From Rhodospirillaceae bacterium (GTDB taxonomy: Bacteria > Pseudomonadota > Alphaproteobacteria > Rhodospirillales > CALINB01), in the NCBI GenBank assembly GCA_038114465.1, contig JAYNQW010000007.1:323-64322 (forward strand): DNA of 64,000 bases. The letters are read 5' to 3'. Position 1 is the first letter of the stretch. Each line of letters begins with the position of its first letter. A program made the position numbers and the translations under genes. Of this stretch, positions 59,146 to 64,000 are shown piece by piece. Below the pieces are notes generated by a model that did not search any database, was not told the DNA's origin, and saw only the letters and a list, made by a program, of their open reading frames with translations.

Positions 59146-60237
59146 TTAAAGCTTCAACAGTTTTTTCAGCGTGCCGCCGAGCATTTTTTCGATATCGTCC
59201 TCGCTCAGGCCCGGCACGCTCAAGATGTGCGCGATGGGATTGATATTCGCCATGCCCGCCGGATGATCGGTGCCGAGAACCAATTGATCGATCCCGCACT
59301 CACGAATGAGGTGCGCGAGGTTTTCAGTACCAAACACAAGGGTATCGAAGTAAAGCTGCTTTAAGTAATCGCTCGGTTTTTTCTTTTCCAAACCGCGCCC
59401 GCCCCTATCGTTACTATTATGACCGTGATCGAAGCGCCCGATGTAGGACGGCAGGAAGCCGCCGCCGTGCGCAACAACGATCTTCAAGCCCGGATAAGCA
59501 TCGAGTGTGCCTTCGTAAATCAGGTGTGCGACCGCAATCGTCGAGTCGAGCGGATTGCCGATAGTGTTGTTCAAAAAGCCCTTGCCCTTGAGCCGGTTGC
59601 CCGATTTACGAAAATCGAACGGATGAATAAAGACGATCACGTCCAATTCTTCCGCCTTGGCCCAAAACGGATTAAAGCGCGGATTGGCGAGGTCCTCGCC
59701 TTCGATGTTGGCGCCGATCATCGCCCCGCGCATGCCGAGCTTTTTGACCGCATATTCCAATTGCGCCGCAGCCAATTCCGGGTGCTGCATGGCGATCAAC
59801 GCCAAACCGACAAACCGGTCGGGGTATTGGCCGCAAATTTCCGCCATCTCTTCGTTGTTGATGCGCACGATTTCTTCGGCGAGCTCGTATTCCGCCCAAT
59901 AGAAATGATTGAAGGTCACAACGCTCAAGGCCTGCATGTCGAGGCCCATGGCGTCCATATCCTGTAAGCGCGTCGGGATATCGGCGACGCGAACTTTTCC
60001 CGGATCATCGAACGGGTCCTTACCGTTCAATTCCGGCCGGCCCTCGATGAGATGCTTCGCGCCATGCAGCAGCGTATGCGCATGCACGTCGATAGTCAGC
60101 ATCTTCTTGCCGTTGATCGTAATGGGCCGCGGCGTTTGACACTCGATACTGGTCGGATCTTTCCCAAACGCGGGTTTATCGGCGTGATAATGCAGATCGC
60201 ACGAAACGAATTCGACGCCGTCACTAGAACCGGACAT
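59146..60237 (-). CDS. Amidohydrolase 2 / ACMSD-like metal-dependent hydrolase or decarboxylase, copy B
   Basis: Paralog of copy A with the same motifs. The start was set at ATG 60237 (MSGSSDGVEFV...), which aligns with the copy A start. Confidence 0.85.
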   Translation of the reverse strand: MSGSSDGVEFVSCDLHYHADKPAFGKDPTSIECQTPRPITINGKKMLTIDVHAHTLLHGAKHLIEGRPELNGKDPFDDPGKVRVADIPTRLQDMDAMGLDMQALSVVTFNHFYWAEYELAEEIVRINNEEMAEICGQYPDRFVGLALIAMQHPELAAAQLEYAVKKLGMRGAMIGANIEGEDLANPRFNPFWAKAEELDVIVFIHPFDFRKSGNRLKGKGFLNNTIGNPLDSTIAVAHLIYEGTLDAYPGLKIVVAHGGGFLPSYIGRFDHGHNSNDRGGRGLEKKKPSDYLKQLYFDTLVFGTENLAHLIRECGIDQLVLGTDHPAGMANINPIAHILSVPGLSEDDIEKMLGGTLKKLLKL

Positions 60238-60271
60238 AAATGACCTCCCCTTAAACTTCTTAAGTCTTGTT

Positions 60272-61213
60272 TTAATACCCCCGGGACATATCCACAATAT
60301 GCCTTGGTGGCTTACCTTCACTTATTAAGTATATGTCCTTGGCAATCTCGGCGCTGGCGGTTTGCGGACTCGTAAGGCTCGCGACATGCGGTGTCACGAT
60401 GATCTTCGGATGCTGCCAGATCGGACTGTCGGCGGGCAGCGGTTCTTCGTCGAACACGTCAAGCGCGGCGGCCAACGGATTGCCGGCATCAAGTGCCGCA
60501 ACGAGATCATCCCCCACGACATGCTTGCCGCGCGCGGCGTTGATGAGAAAACTTTTCTCCGGCAATGCGGCGAGGGCTTTTTTGTCGATGATCCCTTCCG
60601 TCTCTTTTGTCAGCGGCAACATGCAGACAAGGATTTGGCTGCGGTTCAAGAACGGCTCGAACTGATCATGGCCGTAAAAGCTGTCGACGCCTGTGATGTT
60701 TTTCTGCGAGCGGCTCCAGCCCGCGACATCGAAGCCCATCTGTACGAGTTGCTTCGCGCACGCCCCGCCCAGTTCGCCAAGACCGAGGATTCCAACCCGG
60801 CGATCACTTGGGCGCGGATACCAATGCGGCCGCCATTTATTTTGCGCTTGATAGTCGCGATACACATGAAAGCCGCGGTGAAAATGCAAAACCCAATGCA
60901 CCACGTATTCGACCATGCCTTCGGTGAGGCACGGATCGACCAGGCGCACGATGAGAATGTTCTCGGGCAGGTCAGCGTTGGCGAGAATACCGTCGACACC
61001 CGCACCCATGTTGAAAATCGCTTTTAAATTTTTGCACTGTTTGAGAATGCCGGGTGGCGGCTGCCAGACGATGGCGTAATCGATTGCGTCCCAATCGACC
61101 GGCTCGCCGTCGCGGGTATAAGTGACAATCTCGAAATCCGGCAGGTTTTCTTTCAAGGCCGGAATCCAACGACCGGTGTCTTTACTCCAGCTCGTCGTGA
61201 ACAGGATGGCCAT
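60272..61213 (-). CDS. D-isomer-specific 2-hydroxyacid dehydrogenase (GhrA-like glyoxylate/hydroxypyruvate reductase)
   Basis: NAD motif GILGLGELGG, and catalytic-region motifs (NAARG, TPHVAS). 313 aa. Confidence 0.85.
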   Translation of the reverse strand: MAILFTTSWSKDTGRWIPALKENLPDFEIVTYTRDGEPVDWDAIDYAIVWQPPPGILKQCKNLKAIFNMGAGVDGILANADLPENILIVRLVDPCLTEGMVEYVVHWVLHFHRGFHVYRDYQAQNKWRPHWYPRPSDRRVGILGLGELGGACAKQLVQMGFDVAGWSRSQKNITGVDSFYGHDQFEPFLNRSQILVCMLPLTKETEGIIDKKALAALPEKSFLINAARGKHVVGDDLVAALDAGNPLAAALDVFDEEPLPADSPIWQHPKIIVTPHVASLTSPQTASAEIAKDIYLISEGKPPRHIVDMSRGY

Positions 61214-61560
61214 TAAACGGCGGCCGACACCACGATTTCGACCAGTTTATTCGGTGAGCCAAGTGCCGTACCGACACATGCCCGCGTCGGTTGATTACTG
61301 CCGCCGAGCCAAGCGACGTATTTCTCATTCATCTCATTTTTCTTCGACATGTCGGATAAATACACCATCGATGTGAGAAGCTTGGTTTTATCAGTTCCGG
61401 CGGCGGCGAGATATTTGTCAATCTTCGCCAACACTTGATCCATCTGCCCGGCCATATCCTGGCTATCGTCATCGGCGGTTTGTCCGGAGACATAAACGAT
61501 CCCGTTATGAACCACTGCTTTGCTGAGATGCCCCTTGGACTCGATACGCTCAATGCTCAT
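61213..61560 (-). CDS. RidA/YjgF family reactive-intermediate deaminase
   Basis: 115 aa with YjgF-fold motifs (VYVSGQ, PTRACVG...LVEIVVSA). The stop overlaps the downstream dehydrogenase start. Confidence 0.85.
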   Translation of the reverse strand: MSIERIESKGHLSKAVVHNGIVYVSGQTADDDSQDMAGQMDQVLAKIDKYLAAAGTDKTKLLTSMVYLSDMSKKNEMNEKYVAWLGGSNQPTRACVGTALGSPNKLVEIVVSAAV

Positions 61561-61674
61561 AAAAAAACCTCCCTTTCATTGGTTTTACCGAATTTGTGAT
61601 CCCCTAACCTAGCATGCTACGCTGGCGTTTCCTGTGAAAAATTAGCGAAAATTGACAACCGGTACAGCCCCTAT

Positions 61675-62499
61675 ATGACACCCTCTAAACAGCAAAGCCT
61701 TCGCGTCGCTATCGGCGGCCTCGGTGCCATCGGCCGCTCGATTGCATCGCGCCTTGATCAAGGCATTCCGGGCCTCACTTTGGCCGCGGTCTCCGCCAAA
61801 CGTATCGAACGGGCGGAAGATTTTATCGCGACGCTTAAAAACCCCGTTCCCATCGTACCCCTTGGCAAACTTGCCAACGAGGCCGATGTGGTCGTCGAGT
61901 GTGCGCCGGCAGCCGTGTTCGATGACATCGCCGTGCCCGCCATCGAGGCGGGATGTCTTTTTATACCCCTCAGTGTCGGTGCGTTGCTGCCCCGCCAAGC
62001 GCTTATCGATAAAGCCGAAACGACCGGCGCGCGGATCATCGTACCGACCGGGGCACTGATCGGCTTGGATGCCCTGCGCGCCGCAGCCGAAGGAAAAATC
62101 AAATCCGTAAAGCTCGTAACCCGCAAACCGCCGAAAGGACTCGCCGGTGCCCCTTATTTGGTCGAAAATAATATTTCTCTTGAGGGGCTGAACGAACCGA
62201 AGAAAATCTTCGAAGGAACCGCGCGCGAGGGAACGGTCGGCTTTCCCGCCAACGTCAACGTTGCCGCTGCCTTAAGCCTCGCCGGCATCGGGCCTGAAAA
62301 AACAACGCTCGAAATCTGGGCCGACCCTGCCCTCAAACGAAACATTCAGCATGTCGAGGTCGAGTCCGACAGTGCGCGCTTTGAAATGACGATTGAAAAT
62401 ATCCCCTCGCCTGAAAACCCACGCTCGGGCCGCATTACAGCCTTGAGTGCGATTGCCGCTTTGCGCGGCCTCGTTTCACCCCTTAAAGTGGGGACATAA
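61675..62499 (+). CDS. Aspartate dehydrogenase domain protein (NadX-like), paralog 2
   Basis: Collinear with paralog 1 (LRVAIGGLGAIGRSI, IVPTGALIGLDALRAAAEG, NPRSGRITALS...LKVGT), with roughly half of the residues shared by eye. Confidence 0.75.
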   Translation: MTPSKQQSLRVAIGGLGAIGRSIASRLDQGIPGLTLAAVSAKRIERAEDFIATLKNPVPIVPLGKLANEADVVVECAPAAVFDDIAVPAIEAGCLFIPLSVGALLPRQALIDKAETTGARIIVPTGALIGLDALRAAAEGKIKSVKLVTRKPPKGLAGAPYLVENNISLEGLNEPKKIFEGTAREGTVGFPANVNVAAALSLAGIGPEKTTLEIWADPALKRNIQHVEVESDSARFEMTIENIPSPENPRSGRITALSAIAALRGLVSPLKVGT

Positions 62500-62527
62500 T
62501 AATTAAGCACCGAACAAAGGAAGATTG

Positions 62528-64000
62528 ATGAGCACCTTCACCACGCGCCCTGAAATTCTCGGCACCTTCGGCGTCGTCGCCTCGACCCACTGGCTCGGCA
62601 CCGCCGTCGGTATGTCGATCTTGGAAAAAGGCGGCAACGCGTTCGACGCCGCCGTCGCCACAGGTGTTATGCTGCAGGTCGCCGAACCGCATTTGTGCGG
62701 TCCCGGTGGTGAAGTCCCGCTGATTTTATATGATAAGAAAAAAGACGCGGTGGAAGTGATTTGCGGACAAGGTTCGTCTCCCGCCGCCGCGACGATTGAT
62801 TACTACACCGGCCTCGGCCTCAACATGATGCCCGGCAACGGCCTACTCGCCGCCGTTATTCCCGGCGCGTTCGATGCATGGATGCTGCTGCTCCGCGATT
62901 ACGGCACCATGAGCGTGCGCGAGGTCCTCGAACCCGCCATCGGGTATGCCAAAAACGGCGTGCCGGTCGTGCCGAAGATCAAAGACACGGTCACCAACGT
63001 GCAATACCTGTTCGAAAACGAATGGAAGACGTCGGCCGATGTTTTTCTGCCGAACGGTGCGCCACCGGTGCCGGGCAGCTTGTTCGCGCAACCAAAAATG
63101 GCGGCGTCCTACGAGCGCATCATTAAAGAATCCGAAGCCGTCAAAGGCAGCCGCGAAAAACAGGTCGACGGCGCGCGCGATGCGTTTTACCGGGGCTTCG
63201 TCGCCGAAGCCATCGACGCCTTCTGCCGCAACAACAAAGTTATCGACACATCGGGGCAATACAACAACGGGCTTATCACCGCCGATGACATGGCCGCGTG
63301 GAGTGCTACGGTCGAGAAGCCCTTAATGTACGATTATAACGAATACACCGTGTGCAAGACCGGCCCGTGGGGGCAAGGCCCGGTGATGCTGCAAAACCTC
63401 GCTCTCTTAAAAGGGTATGACATCGGCAAGATGTCGGCGACCGATCCCGAATTCATCCACACGGTCGTTGAATGTTCGAAACTGGCCTATGCCGACCGCG
63501 AAGCGTTTTACGGCGATCCTGATTTCGTCGACGTGCCGTTCGATGTGCTGCTGTCGGACAAATACAACGACGAACGGCGCAAACTCGTCGGCAAAGACGC
63601 GTCGCTGGAACTTCGCCCCGGTTCGGTACCCGGCTTTGGCGGCGATCCGGTGATCCGCGATAAATCCATGGATGTCGATGTCGCCCACGCCGGCGCGCAC
63701 GGTGTTGGCGAACCGACAACGGCGGATTTTTCCAAGCCCATCGAGGCGGACGCGCAAGCGCCCGGCGACACGGTTCACTTCGATATCATCGATAAGGACG
63801 GCAATATGATTTCCGGCACGCCGAGCGGCGGCTGGCTGCAAAGTTCGCCGACGATCCCGGAACTCGGGTTCTGCCTCACCAACCGCGGCCAGATGTATTG
63901 GCTCATCGAAGGCCTGCCCTCTTCACTCGCACCGAAAAAACGCCCGCGCACCACGCTCACACCGTCTTTTGCGCTGCGTGACGGTAAGCCCTACATGGCG
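62528..64000 (+). CDS. ggt: Gamma-glutamyltransferase family protein (3' end cut by the window edge)
   Basis: Open frame from ATG 62528 to the window end (491 codons), not in the supplied ORF list. GGT motifs are present: VVASTHWLGTAVGMSILEKGGNAFDAAVA and the autoprocessing-site context DTVHFDIIDKDGNMISGTPSGG. Confidence 0.85.
   Translation, partial: MSTFTTRPEILGTFGVVASTHWLGTAVGMSILEKGGNAFDAAVATGVMLQVAEPHLCGPGGEVPLILYDKKKDAVEVICGQGSSPAAATIDYYTGLGLNMMPGNGLLAAVIPGAFDAWMLLLRDYGTMSVREVLEPAIGYAKNGVPVVPKIKDTVTNVQYLFENEWKTSADVFLPNGAPPVPGSLFAQPKMAASYERIIKESEAVKGSREKQVDGARDAFYRGFVAEAIDAFCRNNKVIDTSGQYNNGLITADDMAAWSATVEKPLMYDYNEYTVCKTGPWGQGPVMLQNLALLKGYDIGKMSATDPEFIHTVVECSKLAYADREAFYGDPDFVDVPFDVLLSDKYNDERRKLVGKDASLELRPGSVPGFGGDPVIRDKSMDVDVAHAGAHGVGEPTTADFSKPIEADAQAPGDTVHFDIIDKDGNMISGTPSGGWLQSSPTIPELGFCLTNRGQMYWLIEGLPSSLAPKKRPRTTLTPSFALRDGKPYMA

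Larger units (their letters stand above)
58032..60237 (-). repeat. Tandem gene duplication (two about 1.1-kb paralogous units separated by 16 nt)
   Basis: The two proteins align end to end, with roughly 70 percent identical residues by eye. They include identical nucleotide runs such as atgtgcgcgatgggattgatattcgccatgcc, present in both copies. Confidence 0.8.

Overview
The window looks like a chromosomal segment of an alphaproteobacterium, judged from gene content and synteny: lptD-surA-pdxA-rsmA, fabD-fabG-acpP-fabF-mltG, rpsF-rpsR-rplI, dnaB-alr-radA-cvpA-purF, yfgM-like-bamB-der, serC-serA, and a Caulobacter-type flagellin with flaF. About 60 protein genes are tightly packed. I found no tRNA or rRNA genes, CRISPR arrays, transposases, integrases or recognisable defence systems, and almost no transcription factors.

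Roughly the first 28 kb and the 38-50 kb stretch are housekeeping genes. Two regions are accessory-like:
- 28.5-38 kb, minus strand: a co-directional run with LeuCD-like hydratase subunits, a TcuA/fumarate-reductase-like flavoprotein, an enolase-superfamily enzyme, two SDRs and a PanE-like reductase. It is fused onto an SPFH/NfeD pair and an FAH-family hydrolase, with no transporter or regulator.
- 50-64 kb: a mixed neighbourhood with a decayed TAXI-TRAP receptor, an Ldh_2 dehydrogenase, two aspartate-dehydrogenase-domain paralogs, tandemly duplicated ACMSD-like amidohydrolases, RidA, a 2-hydroxyacid dehydrogenase and GGT. An isolated flagellin-flaF-unknown(435 aa) module sits inside it.

Observations most worth follow-up:
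1. DnaB carries a proline-rich C-terminal extension ending in DDDIPL, which resembles the SSB acidic tip.
2. Three otherwise intact genes within about 11 kb are each interrupted by a single in-frame TAA: a cbpA-like J-protein, the TAXI receptor and an AT-rich membrane protein.
3. The uncharacterised LeuCD/TcuA-like/enolase/SDR cluster.
4. The unknown 435-aa protein downstream of flaF, where flbT would be expected.

All calls come from reading the translations and the sequence by eye. No database search or computation was run.
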